From: an uncultured Bacilli bacterium
GTDB lineage: Bacteria; Bacillota_I; Bacilli_A; RF39; UBA660
Direction: 5' to 3'
Assembly: GCA_934100165.1 (NCBI GenBank)
Contig: CAKOPN010000001.1
Coordinates: 30,279 to 94,278, forward strand
Length of the DNA stretch: 64,000 nt
Shown: one piece after another, positions 52,399-62,438 of the stretch
How the letters are laid out: each line of letters opens with the position of its first letter
Numbering within the stretch: position 1 is the first letter of the stretch
The notes under the pieces: model-generated
Told to the model about the DNA's origin: nothing
The model's input: the letters and a program-made list of their open reading frames with translations, nothing else
Database searches by the model: none
Position numbers and translations under genes: made by a program

Positions 52399-53182
52399 GT
52401 TTAATCCCTCTTTTCTTTGAAGATAAAAATTGTTCAATTCTATCAGTAATCTTTGCTTCTTCACTCAAAAATTCATCTCTTTTTTCAGGATCAGAAAGAA
52501 CAGGTTTTAGTTTTCTTAAGTATTCTTCTGCTTTACTGCATCTTAAAATTTGTGTATTTTTTTCTTTTTTAGGATTATCAGCTTTTTTAACATTACCTAA
52601 ATATACCATAATAATATTAGGGCCAGCATTTATAAAGTGAATCCTGAGTTTAAAGCTTTTTACTTCTCTTGCATTTGAAAGGCAGCTATTATTAGTAAGT
52701 GATCGATACTTTGTTTGATCTGAAGTAAAATCACCATATTTAAGGAAGTCAAATAATTCTTCCATTCCTGGTAAAAGTTCTGCATCTATGTCTTTTAAGT
52801 CATTTTCAAAAAGCACATTACCCGCCGATGATTTTAAATAAATAATGTCTCTACCGGCAGAACTAATTGCCATATTAGTGACCATTTCTTCTTTTTCCTG
52901 TTTCTTTTTTTCTTCGACTTTTCTTTCAAACAATTCTAATCTCTGTTTGTTTTTTAATATTTGTTCTTCTAAATAGCTTCTATCTTCTTCATCTTTTGCT
53001 TGCTCCATAAGCACTGTTAAGTATTCAATTTCCTCACGTGCACATTGAGCAAAATACTCATTAAGTTCTAAAAAGCCATCTATCGTATCTTTAGGAAGCA
53101 TATTCTCAATTTCTGAAGTACTAGAAGCATCCCAAATACACTCTTTAAAATCTTCTAAGTATTTCTCATCAAATTCTTTATT
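52391..53182 (-). CDS. Hypothetical protein with a C-terminal RelE/ParE (Gp49/HigB-like) toxin-like segment (likely start MNKEFDEK)
   Basis: FKLRIHFINAGPNIIMVYLGNVKKADNP resembles the RIxF...IVLLxxFxKKTxKTP block of Gp49/HigB-type toxins. Confidence 0.4.
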   Translation of the reverse strand, partial: NKEFDEKYLEDFKECIWDASSTSEIENMLPKDTIDGFLELNEYFAQCAREEIEYLTVLMEQAKDEEDRSYLEEQILKNKQRLELFERKVEEKKKQEKEEMVTNMAISSAGRDIIYLKSSAGNVLFENDLKDIDAELLPGMEELFDFLKYGDFTSDQTKYRSLTNNSCLSNAREVKSFKLRIHFINAGPNIIMVYLGNVKKADNPKKEKNTQILRCSKAEEYLRKLKPVLSDPEKRDEFLSEEAKITDRIEQFLSSKKRGIKHE

Positions 53183-53247
53183 CATTACTATCACCAATAT
53201 AATTATATCGTAAATATTATTCAAAGGAAACTAGTAATTAGCAACAA

Positions 53248-54108
53248 TCAAACATTATATATTTTTTTTAGTTTCTTTGAAAGTGAATAATCAATATTTA
53301 AATTTCGTTTCACAGTAGTTGTATTTATTTTTCCTTCTGCTAGTAAAGAAATTTCATTTTTAGTTTTCTTTTCATTTTCCATAAAAGAATCAATAACACA
53401 AGTTGCAAATGAAAGTGAATCCAAATATTTAACAGCATCAATAAAATTATAAAACAAGGCTTTTTTCCGTATTTTTGAATTTCCTTTTTCCTTAAGTTTA
53501 TCCATAGTATTTAAACATGATAGTGATGCAAATTGTTCTAATGGTAATCTTTCACTATAAAACATATCTTTGGCTTTCTCTTTATCATTTTCACAAAGAA
53601 AAATACACATTGTATATTCAAGCAGCATTGGAAGTAATTCAGCATATTCATAGATTTCTGGAAGAGCTTTTGATTTTTCTTCATAAAGTGGTATATGACC
53701 AATTTCATGTGCATATGCAAGTAAAAGAGATTCATCGTTTGCACTCCTTTTGGGTAAAATGATTGCATCTGCAAAATAGCCACTAGAAGTTCTTATCAAA
53801 CTCAACGATGGATTACTTATAAGTTTTGAAAAATTAACATCTAAAACTCCTGCTCTAGAGGTAAGTAAATCATAAAGAGCTGTACCTCTAAAAATATTCA
53901 TTGCCTCTGTAAAAATTACTTCAAAGTCATCCAAATTTATTCTCTTACCACTAAAAACAGATAATTTATCTTTAGATATTTCTTTGCATATTTGTTTTAA
54001 TTCTGAAAAAAAATCTGAATCATAATTATTACCAAACTCAAGATTGAGAGAAGAAAATTCAGTCTCAAAATTTTTTACGAATGCACTATCTCTATTCATA
54101 AAAACCAC
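53248..54108 (-). CDS. ImmA/IrrE-like HExxH metallopeptidase-domain protein
   Basis: LAYAHEIGHIPLYEE zinc-binding HEXXH plus a downstream Glu. Confidence 0.5.
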   Translation of the reverse strand: MVFMNRDSAFVKNFETEFSSLNLEFGNNYDSDFFSELKQICKEISKDKLSVFSGKRINLDDFEVIFTEAMNIFRGTALYDLLTSRAGVLDVNFSKLISNPSLSLIRTSSGYFADAIILPKRSANDESLLLAYAHEIGHIPLYEEKSKALPEIYEYAELLPMLLEYTMCIFLCENDKEKAKDMFYSERLPLEQFASLSCLNTMDKLKEKGNSKIRKKALFYNFIDAVKYLDSLSFATCVIDSFMENEKKTKNEISLLAEGKINTTTVKRNLNIDYSLSKKLKKIYNV

Positions 54109-54198
54109 CGCCGAAAATTGTTAACTCATATTATAGTGTTAAAATAGTTATATTTCAAGAAAAAAAATCATAAGCACTTTTTGCCTATGATTCATATT

Positions 54199-55644
54199 TT
54201 AGTTTGTAACTTTTTCTTTTTCCAAACGTTCTTTTAGATACTTAGTAGCTTCTTCTATATCATTAAAATATATTGTACCAGTTTTAAGTTTCTCATAAGT
54301 TTCATTACCCTTACCTAAAATTAACACTATATCATTATCTTTTGCAATGTCAATTGCCCTTTTAATAGCAAGACTTCTATCTACCACAACCTCAAATCTT
54401 GACTTATCAATAATATCTTTTGTCATCATATTTATAATGTCAATAGGATCTTCACTTCTAGGATCTTCATAAGTAAATATTGCATAACTTGCATTGTCCA
54501 CAACAGTTTTTCCCATAATAGGTCTTTTTAAGAAATCTCTTTCACCTGCTGCACCAATTACCACAATGCTTCTGTTAATATTTAAAGTTTTAACAAAGTT
54601 AAGCAAATTACTAATACCATTCGGAGTATGAGCATAATCTACCATAACCGTAAATTTTTGGCCAATATTAGGTAAAATATCAAGTCTACCAGAAACATTT
54701 ATAGAAGCAATGTTTGGAATAATCTCTTCAAGAGTTCTACCACTAGCAATTGCTACTAATAGACCACAGGCTAAATTATAAACGTTAAACTCACCTAAAA
54801 GTGGGCTTTCAACATTGTAAGTCTTATTATCAAACTTGTATGTTACCTTTGTCTTATTAGGGAAAATTTCAAAATTAACTATTTGAAGTGTATTTTCTTC
54901 ACCTTTTCCATAAGTATAAACATTTTCACAATTACAAGATTTTCTTATCTCATTATAATATTCATCATCTTTATTTAATATTGCATAACCATCTTTCTTA
55001 ATTTGTCTAAAAAGTTGACATTTACAATTCAAGTAATTTTCAAAAGTTCCATGAATGTTAAGGTGTTCTCTAGTAACATTTGTAATCGCACCAATATCAT
55101 ACATTATATTTGTAAGTCTACCGCGGAAAAATGCTTCACTAGAAGCTTCCATCATAACTTCTTTACAACCAGCTTCTAAGAAATCATTTAAATACTTGTA
55201 TAATTTATCAGAATCTACTGTTGTATTACTAGTTTCTTTATTAAACTTATAACAACTACGGCCATTAGTACCCATGTATCCACAGTTATTGCTTCCAAGC
55301 AAATACTGTACAATAGTAGCAACACTAGTCTTTCCATCTGTGCCAGTAACTGCATACATTTTTAATTTCTCTTCTGGATGATCATAAAATCTAGAGCATA
55401 ACAAAGGAAGCTCCTTATTTGTATCTTCAACCATAATGACAGGAACAGTCACATCTACCTTCCTACTTGCTACAATTGCACTTGCACCATTTTTTACCGC
55501 ATCATCAACGAAATCATGTCTATCTGCAGTAACACCTTTTGTGCACACAAAAAGGTCCCCTTTTTTAACTTCTTTAGAGTTTATCTTTATATCACTTATT
55601 AAAACATCATTATTACAATTATATAACTCACTTAATTTTTTCAT
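54199..55644 (-). CDS. murE: UDP-N-acetylmuramoyl-tripeptide synthetase MurE (start MKKLSELY)
   Basis: Mur ligase motifs (VTGTDGKTS P-loop, central and C-terminal domains). Terminator at about 54150-54185. Confidence 0.85.
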   Translation of the reverse strand: MKKLSELYNCNNDVLISDIKINSKEVKKGDLFVCTKGVTADRHDFVDDAVKNGASAIVASRKVDVTVPVIMVEDTNKELPLLCSRFYDHPEEKLKMYAVTGTDGKTSVATIVQYLLGSNNCGYMGTNGRSCYKFNKETSNTTVDSDKLYKYLNDFLEAGCKEVMMEASSEAFFRGRLTNIMYDIGAITNVTREHLNIHGTFENYLNCKCQLFRQIKKDGYAILNKDDEYYNEIRKSCNCENVYTYGKGEENTLQIVNFEIFPNKTKVTYKFDNKTYNVESPLLGEFNVYNLACGLLVAIASGRTLEEIIPNIASINVSGRLDILPNIGQKFTVMVDYAHTPNGISNLLNFVKTLNINRSIVVIGAAGERDFLKRPIMGKTVVDNASYAIFTYEDPRSEDPIDIINMMTKDIIDKSRFEVVVDRSLAIKRAIDIAKDNDIVLILGKGNETYEKLKTGTIYFNDIEEATKYLKERLEKEKVTN

Positions 55645-55741
55645 ACATACCTCACAATAAGTATACAATAAAATGTAAAAAATATATACTAAATATTGAA
55701 TTTATTTTGTTTTTACTTTACTATTATTAAAGGTGGTAAAT

Positions 55742-56602
55742 ATGAAATTAAATATAGTATATGCTTCAAGTGACTTAGGTGTTAACATTGAAGGAAGCGA
55801 AAAAGCAAAAGAAAAATTAAATGAAATAACTAAAAATTTAGAAAATGTCTACGAAGTAAAGAAAGAAAACGTAGCAAAAAGTTATGATAAAAATGATATG
55901 GAAAAGAATCTTGTTCCATTAAATAAATTCAATGAAAAGTTATATAATAAAATAGTTTCATTAAAAGATGGTGTTACCCTTACTATTGGGGGAGATCACA
56001 GTATTGCTATAGGAAGTGCCCTTGCATCTAAAAAGAAAAACGAAAATATTGGTATCATTTGGGTTGATGCACATGGTGATTACAATACATTTGAAACAAC
56101 TACAACAGGAAACCTTCACGGTATGCCATTTGCTACCGTTGATGGAATAAACGGTGATAGATTATCTTATTTCTTTGATGGCAAATATTTTGATCCTGAA
56201 AACTCTGTGCTTTTTGGGGGCCGTGACATTGATGAAAAAGAATGGGATAACTTAAGAAGAGAAAATATTAAAATTTACTCTACTGAAGATTTAATAAAAG
56301 GAAATATTGAGAATCTTGTAAAAGAAGCATTAGAGATTTGTACAAAAGGCAAAGATGGTGTGCATGTAAGTATCGATGTTGATTTAATTGATCCACATGA
56401 TGCACCAGGAGTTTCTGTAAAAGCCAAAGATGGTATAAAAAAAGAGTTAGCATTCGAAATATTAAAATGTTTACTAAAAGAAAAAGACTTAATAAAGTCT
56501 ATTGATTTAGTAGAATTTAATAAAGATAAAGATAAAGATGATGTAACTTACGAAATCACAAAGAAAATGTTAGAAATGATTATAAATGAATATAAGCACT
56601 AA
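55742..56602 (+). CDS. Arginase/agmatinase-family ureohydrolase (start MKLNIVYASSDLG; RBS aggtgg)
   Basis: GGDHSIAIG, WVDAHGD and SIDVDLIDP Mn-binding motifs. Confidence 0.85.
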   Translation: MKLNIVYASSDLGVNIEGSEKAKEKLNEITKNLENVYEVKKENVAKSYDKNDMEKNLVPLNKFNEKLYNKIVSLKDGVTLTIGGDHSIAIGSALASKKKNENIGIIWVDAHGDYNTFETTTTGNLHGMPFATVDGINGDRLSYFFDGKYFDPENSVLFGGRDIDEKEWDNLRRENIKIYSTEDLIKGNIENLVKEALEICTKGKDGVHVSIDVDLIDPHDAPGVSVKAKDGIKKELAFEILKCLLKEKDLIKSIDLVEFNKDKDKDDVTYEITKKMLEMIINEYKH

Positions 56603-56620
56603 TAATAAGTGCTTATTTTT

Positions 56621-57391
56621 TTAATTCATTATTGATTCTATTTTCTTCATCGTATATATTCCAGACTTTTTTAAATATATTCCTGTATGTTCTTCATAAT
56701 AGTTATTTAAAAAGTCATCAATTTCATTTAACACATCTTCATTAATATTAAGAGTCTTGATTCTGCCAATATCTACATAGTAAAGCATTCTAAGCATTTT
56801 AATAGAATCCTTCGAAACCATCTTTTCACCATTGTAACAATTATCACAAACATATCCATAAGATGACGATGAAAAAGTTACAATATTAGTATTAGATCCA
56901 CAATTAGAGCAAGCATCGATGCTTGGTTTAACTCCTAAGAAATCTAAATATTTAAGCATTACTATATCCAAAATAGTTTTAGAGTCAAAGCCATCATCTA
57001 TTTTTTCTAAAGCAGAAAGAAAAGTATTATATATATCTTTTATTTCAATAGGGCTAATTTGTTTTTGCGTTAACACTTGATTAGTAAGTTTTACAAGAGA
57101 GAAAGCATAAAGTTTTCTTTCAAGGTCTTTATAATTCATTTGAATATTTTTAAAGACTTTAATAATATCAACTGCTGTTAATGTTGAAATAGCATTTTCT
57201 TTATAAGAAATATCAAAATTGGCATATATAAGTGTATTACTTGCCTCATGAAAAGCATTTTTGATTCTTCTACATCCACGAGACATAACACTTATTATAC
57301 CTAGATCTTCTGTAAAAATTTTAAGTATTTTGCTTGACTCTCCATAAAGAACTTCACCCATTACTATTCCTTTGATTTTTAATGTTTTCAT
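56621..57391 (-). CDS. recO: DNA repair protein RecO (start MKTLKIKGIV)
   Basis: N-terminal OB-fold region KIKGIVMGEVLYGESSKILKIFTEDLGIISVMSRGCRR. C-terminal Zn motif CSNCG...CDNC. Confidence 0.85.
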   Translation of the reverse strand: MKTLKIKGIVMGEVLYGESSKILKIFTEDLGIISVMSRGCRRIKNAFHEASNTLIYANFDISYKENAISTLTAVDIIKVFKNIQMNYKDLERKLYAFSLVKLTNQVLTQKQISPIEIKDIYNTFLSALEKIDDGFDSKTILDIVMLKYLDFLGVKPSIDACSNCGSNTNIVTFSSSSYGYVCDNCYNGEKMVSKDSIKMLRMLYYVDIGRIKTLNINEDVLNEIDDFLNNYYEEHTGIYLKKSGIYTMKKIESIMN

Positions 57392-57476
57392 CTTCCACAC
57401 TTCCCAGTCTTTTAATAAAAAGATAATATTTAATATCTCCAGTTTTTTTAAACATTTCCCAAAGGATTTTTTCCAT
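57354..57476 (-). CDS. YqzL-like small protein (40 aa), absent from the ORF track. Overlaps the recO start by about 38 nt in another frame
   Basis: MEKILWEMFKKTGDIKYYLFIKRL matches the YqzL-family FxWxxFxxTGxIxxYLLxK pattern. RBS gggtga. Conserved position between era and recO. Confidence 0.45.
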   Translation of the reverse strand: MEKILWEMFKKTGDIKYYLFIKRLGSVEDENIKNQRNSNG

Positions 57477-57510
57477 AAGTATCACCCATTTATATAATGA
57501 TACTTTTTTA

Positions 57511-58395
57511 CTATTTTAATTCATTTAATCCAAGTTCTGTTAAATATTTTTCTTTATCACGCCAGTTATCAATTACTTTAACATAAGTTTTTAAATTAAC
57601 TTTTTTACCTAAATATTCTTCTATATCACTTCTAGCCATGATTCCAACTTTTTTAAGCATGCTGCCGCCTTTTCCAATAATAATCTTTTTAAGGTTTTCT
57701 CTATCAACAATAATCAAAACACCAATATCGATGTATTTTTCATATTCTTCATAACTTTCCATAACACATGTCACGGTATGAGGAACCTCACTTTTTGTAA
57801 GCCATAAAAGTTTCTCTCTAACTATCTCTGCAATATAAAAGCCATTAGTAACATTTGTTACTTCTTCATTTGTATAATATTTTTCACCTTCACTTAAATA
57901 CTTTTTCATTGTATTTATAAGATCTAAAACATTATCGCCTTTTAAGCTAGATACAGGTATTATTTCTTTAAAATCATATAAATCTTTATATTTGTTTATA
58001 ATGTCTAAAAGTTTTCTCTTATCAATCAAGTCTACTTTGTTTAGTACCAAAAGGACTGGTTTATCAGTATCTTTTATTTTATTTAAAACAAAGTTGTCAC
58101 CTTTACCAAAGTCTTTAGTAACATCTAAAAGGAAAAGAACAACATCAACTTCACCAAGCATTGTATATGCTTTAGAATTCATAACGTTTCCAAGTTTATT
58201 AACTGGTTTATGAATTCCTGGTGTATCTATAAATACTATTTGTGAGTCTTCATCATTATAAATGCCTTCTATTATATTACGAGTTGTGCCACTAACATTA
58301 GAAGTAATTGCTATCTTTCTTTCAAGTATTGAATTAAGTAGTGTACTTTTGCCAACATTAGGTCTTCCTACTATACTTACAAAACCAGTTTTCAT
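57511..58395 (-). CDS. era: GTPase Era
   Basis: G1 GRPNVGKST, G3 DTPG, C-terminal KH domain. Confidence 0.95.
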   Translation of the reverse strand: MKTGFVSIVGRPNVGKSTLLNSILERKIAITSNVSGTTRNIIEGIYNDEDSQIVFIDTPGIHKPVNKLGNVMNSKAYTMLGEVDVVLFLLDVTKDFGKGDNFVLNKIKDTDKPVLLVLNKVDLIDKRKLLDIINKYKDLYDFKEIIPVSSLKGDNVLDLINTMKKYLSEGEKYYTNEEVTNVTNGFYIAEIVREKLLWLTKSEVPHTVTCVMESYEEYEKYIDIGVLIIVDRENLKKIIIGKGGSMLKKVGIMARSDIEEYLGKKVNLKTYVKVIDNWRDKEKYLTELGLNELK

Positions 58396-58778
58396 TTTAA
58401 ATCATCCTCTCCAAATGGAAATGGACATAAATCGCTAACTTTAAGTACAAGTGCATCACCCTTCGGATTCATACAGATAACCTTAGCATTCTCATCAAAC
58501 AATTCAGAAATAACTTGTCTACATATAAAACAAGGCATCCCTATTTTGTCATTATCACACATAACATATAATTCTTTAAAATCATGTTTTTTGTAACCAT
58601 TTGATATTGCACTCAAAATAGCACTTCTTTCTGCACATATACTAGCACCATAAGAAGCATTTTCTACATTAACGCCAGGAAATTCCCTTCCATCATTCAT
58701 AACTGCAATCGCACTAACTCTAAACTTAGAATATGGTGAATAACTATTTTCAAGTAAACTAACTAATTTCTCTTTCAT
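58392..58778 (-). CDS. cdd: Cytidine deaminase
   Basis: CAERSAI and PCxxCRQ zinc motifs. 4-nt overlap with era. Confidence 0.9.
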   Translation of the reverse strand: MKEKLVSLLENSYSPYSKFRVSAIAVMNDGREFPGVNVENASYGASICAERSAILSAISNGYKKHDFKELYVMCDNDKIGMPCFICRQVISELFDENAKVICMNPKGDALVLKVSDLCPFPFGEDDLK

Positions 58779-59176
58779 TAAATCCTCCCTATAAAATCTA
58801 ATACTTTTGGTAAAAATATTATAAATCCAGAAATAAGTGCAAAAATTGCAGACACTAAAACACTAGATGCTGCTACATCCTTTGCTATTTTTGCAACTGG
58901 ATGAATGTTAGGCATAGCAAGATTAACTGCTTCTTCTAATGCTGTGTTCATAAGTTCAAATGAAATAACTAGCGCTATAAAAAGAAGCAAAATAAGCCAC
59001 TCAACTGTACTAACTTTAAAAAAGAAGCCTCCAACAATTACCAAAAAAGTGAAAGTAAGATGTATCTTCATATTTTTAACATTTTTAACACCAACAAAAA
59101 GCCCCTCAAAAGCATGTTTAAAGCTAGTAAGCAAATTTTTATTTGCACTAGCCTTTTTATTACCTTTCAATGCCAT
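58778..59176 (-). CDS. dgkA: Diacylglycerol/undecaprenol kinase DgkA-family (start MALKGNKK; overlaps the ybeY end)
   Basis: Three TM helices and the conserved EExxN region (NTALEEAVNL). Confidence 0.8.
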   Translation of the reverse strand: MALKGNKKASANKNLLTSFKHAFEGLFVGVKNVKNMKIHLTFTFLVIVGGFFFKVSTVEWLILLLFIALVISFELMNTALEEAVNLAMPNIHPVAKIAKDVAASSVLVSAIFALISGFIIFLPKVLDFIGRI

Positions 59177-59606
59177 AGCGAGACAAAACCTCCTCTTGTT
59201 TCTTGAACATAACTTCTTCATCTTCTTTTTTCATATGATCATAACCAAGAAGATGAAGGAATCCATGAACAGCTAAAAAGTAAAGTTCTCTTTTAAAAGA
59301 GTGACCATATTCAAGAGCTTGACTTCTTGCTTTATCTATTGAAATATAAATATCTCCAAGAATTCTTATATCAGTTCTATTAAATGATTTCTCATCTTCA
59401 AGAGCAAAACTAATAACATCAGTTTCTCTATCAATATTTCTATATTCTCTGTTTATTTCTCTTATTTTCTCATTATTTATTATTATTACATTATAAATTA
59501 TATTATCTAACTTTTCGTCTTTAGCAACCTGCACTAAAAATTCTTTTAATTTCTCACACTCTTCAGTTAGATTTTCTTCTGTTTCATTAAATACTTCTAT
59601 TTCCAT
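59160..59606 (-). CDS. ybeY: Endoribonuclease YbeY
   Basis: HGFLHLLGYDH zinc-binding motif. Confidence 0.9.
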   Translation of the reverse strand: MEIEVFNETEENLTEECEKLKEFLVQVAKDEKLDNIIYNVIIINNEKIREINREYRNIDRETDVISFALEDEKSFNRTDIRILGDIYISIDKARSQALEYGHSFKRELYFLAVHGFLHLLGYDHMKKEDEEVMFKKQEEVLSRYGIER

Positions 59607-59614
59607 AAAATCTC

Positions 59615-60226
59615 CTACATCATTATTGCAACTACTAAAAAGGCAATAACCACTACTAGTATAATTGCTAATAAGTTCAAAAACCAGTCTTTTTTAAATA
59701 CTTTTGGTAAAAGAGAATATATCTTGTCCAAAATAACATATATAAAATACCCTATTACACCACCAATAACATTTAAGATTATGTCGTCAACATCAAAAAC
59801 TCTCCCTATAGCAAGCTGTGTACATTCAATAGAAATTGATGCTAAAAGTACTAAAAACAAAGATAAGAAAAAGTTCTTCTTCGAAGCATACTTACCAGCA
59901 AAAAAGCCATAAGGTATAAACATAACGACATTACCAACAATATTTTTAATAAAAAGTCTACTTCCTATTTTATATCTAAATATTTCTACAAAAGGCGTAA
60001 AATTATTACCACTAAGGGTATTTATATCTTGACTAGTAACAACTTGGAATAGGCAAAGAATATATAGTACAAAAAGTAAAAGAGAAATTTCTCTATGAAA
60101 GACAAACTTAACTTTATTTTTTATTAAATACGATATTCTTATTGACACTAAAAGTACAAGCGAAATAAAAAGTGTCGGCCACGTCATCTCCAATACATCT
60201 TTCAAATTACCATAAAGAGACTCCAC
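59615..60226 (-). CDS. VanZ-family membrane protein
   Basis: Multi-TM with NxxxFxPxG-like block (NVVMFIPYGFF). Confidence 0.6.
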   Translation of the reverse strand: MESLYGNLKDVLEMTWPTLFISLVLLVSIRISYLIKNKVKFVFHREISLLLFVLYILCLFQVVTSQDINTLSGNNFTPFVEIFRYKIGSRLFIKNIVGNVVMFIPYGFFAGKYASKKNFFLSLFLVLLASISIECTQLAIGRVFDVDDIILNVIGGVIGYFIYVILDKIYSLLPKVFKKDWFLNLLAIILVVVIAFLVVAIMM

Positions 60227-60249
60227 TTTATCACTTCCCTTTTTCCAAG

Positions 60250-61392
60250 TTAAAAATAACTATAACTAGAAATATTTTCGTAAACTTTAAAAAATACTTC
60301 TGTAATTATTGTACTATTATTTATAACAGTTTTCAATTTTTTTTGAGATATTATATATTCACCACGTCCTAGTTGATCTTCAATTTTCTTTCTTGCCATC
60401 TTAAATGCAAACTCTTCACTTATAATATTATTAACTTCATCTTTTACATTGATTTCATATTCTTTATTATATTTAATTGTAAACATACCAAAAAAATCAC
60501 TAAGTATAGTATTTCCCTCTTTTTTACTATTATTATATCTGTGAAAATCAAAAATATTTATATTTTTATCAAGAAAAGAAATATTTATAACATTTTTACT
60601 TCTACCAGTTAACGCTTCTTCTTTATAACTAATAGGCATTTCCACTTTCACTTTATACCAAACTTCAGCATACACGTCACCACTAGCAGATGTTTGCCCA
60701 ATAACTTCTTTATTTTTATATATTTCTCCACTTATTATAATATCTCCTGCTCTTACATAATCATATACTTTCTTAACTATTTCGCCCTTCTCAGCCACAA
60801 TACGCATTATTATTCCATTCTTTTTAGCTACAACATGCCTATTTTGACCATCTTGTTTTATATTGTTAATAATTCTTTTATCTACCCTTATTTTATAAAC
60901 TGTCCCAACTCTTTCAATTTCTAGCCATTCTATATCATTCTTATAATTATTAAGTATTTCATTCTTAACCTTTTGAACATATTCATATTTTTTTACAAAA
61001 TTGTACTTTTTTATATTATATTTATCAAGTTCTGAATAAAGTAAATCTCTTATATACTTATCATTATGAATTACTTCTACATCAAAGATTATATTTGAAA
61101 GAAAATAAAGAAGAAAAATGCCAAAAGCTGTAAAAATAAGAAAAATAAAATTACTTCTAATTAAATGATTAAATTTACTTATTCCAAATAACTCAATTAT
61201 CTCAATATTATAACTAGTCTTAATATCCTTAAGCTTTTTATAATTTTCTTTATCAACCTTTATATAAGCGCTGCCATGATCTAAACTAATCTCTTCAAAA
61301 TAAATACCACTTCTATAAAGCATTCTAATAAATCTTTTGACATCTTTTCCTTCTATTTTTATTTTATAAAAGCTTTCAAACATATTATTCAC
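60250..61392 (-). CDS. yqfD: Sporulation protein YqfD-like
   Basis: About 380 aa with a central TM segment. Sits upstream of ybeY-dgkA-cdd-era as in Bacillus, paired with a YqfC-like ORF. Confidence 0.65.
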   Translation of the reverse strand: MNNMFESFYKIKIEGKDVKRFIRMLYRSGIYFEEISLDHGSAYIKVDKENYKKLKDIKTSYNIEIIELFGISKFNHLIRSNFIFLIFTAFGIFLLYFLSNIIFDVEVIHNDKYIRDLLYSELDKYNIKKYNFVKKYEYVQKVKNEILNNYKNDIEWLEIERVGTVYKIRVDKRIINNIKQDGQNRHVVAKKNGIIMRIVAEKGEIVKKVYDYVRAGDIIISGEIYKNKEVIGQTSASGDVYAEVWYKVKVEMPISYKEEALTGRSKNVINISFLDKNINIFDFHRYNNSKKEGNTILSDFFGMFTIKYNKEYEINVKDEVNNIISEEFAFKMARKKIEDQLGRGEYIISQKKLKTVINNSTIITEVFFKVYENISSYSYF

Positions 61393-61621
61393 CTAGTTCT
61401 ATAGAAGAGAATTCTCCCATTATAAGTAGTTCATTATCTAAAAGTTTGTTAATTGTAAGGTTATTTCCTTTAATAGTTATTTTATTGTAATTTGAACTTA
61501 ATACTATTTTATTGTCTTCCATAACTATTATTTCCTTAAAATTAACCACATTTATCTTATTTTTACATATTGTTATAGAAAACTCATAGTCTCTTACATA
61601 ACTAATTAAGCTTTTAAGCAT
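61385..61621 (-). CDS. yqfC: Sporulation protein YqfC-like (YabP/YqfC family)
   Basis: 78-aa protein overlapping yqfD by 8 nt. Confidence 0.55.
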   Translation of the reverse strand: MLKSLISYVRDYEFSITICKNKINVVNFKEIIVMEDNKIVLSSNYNKITIKGNNLTINKLLDNELLIMGEFSSIELGE

Positions 61622-61687
61622 AAAGTATCACCTATTAAAGATGTATTTTTTTTTATAAAAAAAAGAACAAAATTAAGTAATTTGTTC

Positions 61688-62137
61688 TTAAATACTAGCA
61701 AGTTTTTCTTTTATTATGTTGCTAACTTCTTTCATGTCTGCTTTGCCTTTTAATAAAGGTGTTACTTCTTTCATAATAAGTCCCATATCTTTTGCACTTT
61801 GTGGTTTTACTTTAGCAAATGCTTCTTCTATTATTTGTTCTACTTCTTCTTTTGAAAGCTGTTTAGGCAAATATGTTTTAAGTATTTCTATTTCACTTTC
61901 TACTTTTTCTGCAAGATCTTTTCTATTTGCTTTAGTAAACTCTTCTAGTGATTCGTTTCTTTGTTTTATTTGTTTGCTTACTACATCAATAAATAAATCA
62001 TCATCAAGTTCTTTTTTGTTGTTAATATGTTCTAGTTGTAATGCTCCTTTAACCATTCTTAATACACTTAACTTTAGTGAGTCTTTTTCTTTCATAGCCG
62101 TAACTATGTCTTTTCCTAAATTTTCTACTAAACTCAT
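61688..62137 (-). CDS. yqeY: GatB/YqeY domain protein (start MSLVENL)
   Basis: GatB_Yqey-domain length and pattern. Follows rpsU as in many Firmicutes. Confidence 0.8.
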   Translation of the reverse strand: MSLVENLGKDIVTAMKEKDSLKLSVLRMVKGALQLEHINNKKELDDDLFIDVVSKQIKQRNESLEEFTKANRKDLAEKVESEIEILKTYLPKQLSKEEVEQIIEEAFAKVKPQSAKDMGLIMKEVTPLLKGKADMKEVSNIIKEKLASI

Positions 62138-62237
62138 AATGTCAACCTCCAAGTAAATTATATCAAAAATACCAAATAAAGACTAGAAAAAACGTAAAAA
62201 AAAGAAATATCATGCTGATACTTCTAATGGAATAAAA

Positions 62238-62438
62238 TTAGTCTCTATTAGCTTTATTTCTCTTTTGAGCATTTTTAATGCCGGCTTCTTTCTTAGCTCT
62301 TCTCTTATCTCCAGGTTTTACTGCAAATTCTCTTTTCTTACATTCAGAAGGGACAGATTCTCTTGCCAATTTTTGTTTAAGTTTTCTTAAAGCCATATCT
62401 AAATTTCCATTTTTAACTGGTACTTGTACTTGTGCCAT
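62238..62438 (-). CDS. rpsU: 30S ribosomal protein S21 (start MAQVQVPV at 62438; RBS ggaggg)
   Basis: Basic 66-aa protein with ALRKLKQKLARE...KKREF pattern. The upstream 22 codons of the track ORF carry no RBS. Confidence 0.85.
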   Translation of the reverse strand: MAQVQVPVKNGNLDMALRKLKQKLARESVPSECKKREFAVKPGDKRRAKKEAGIKNAQKRNKANRD

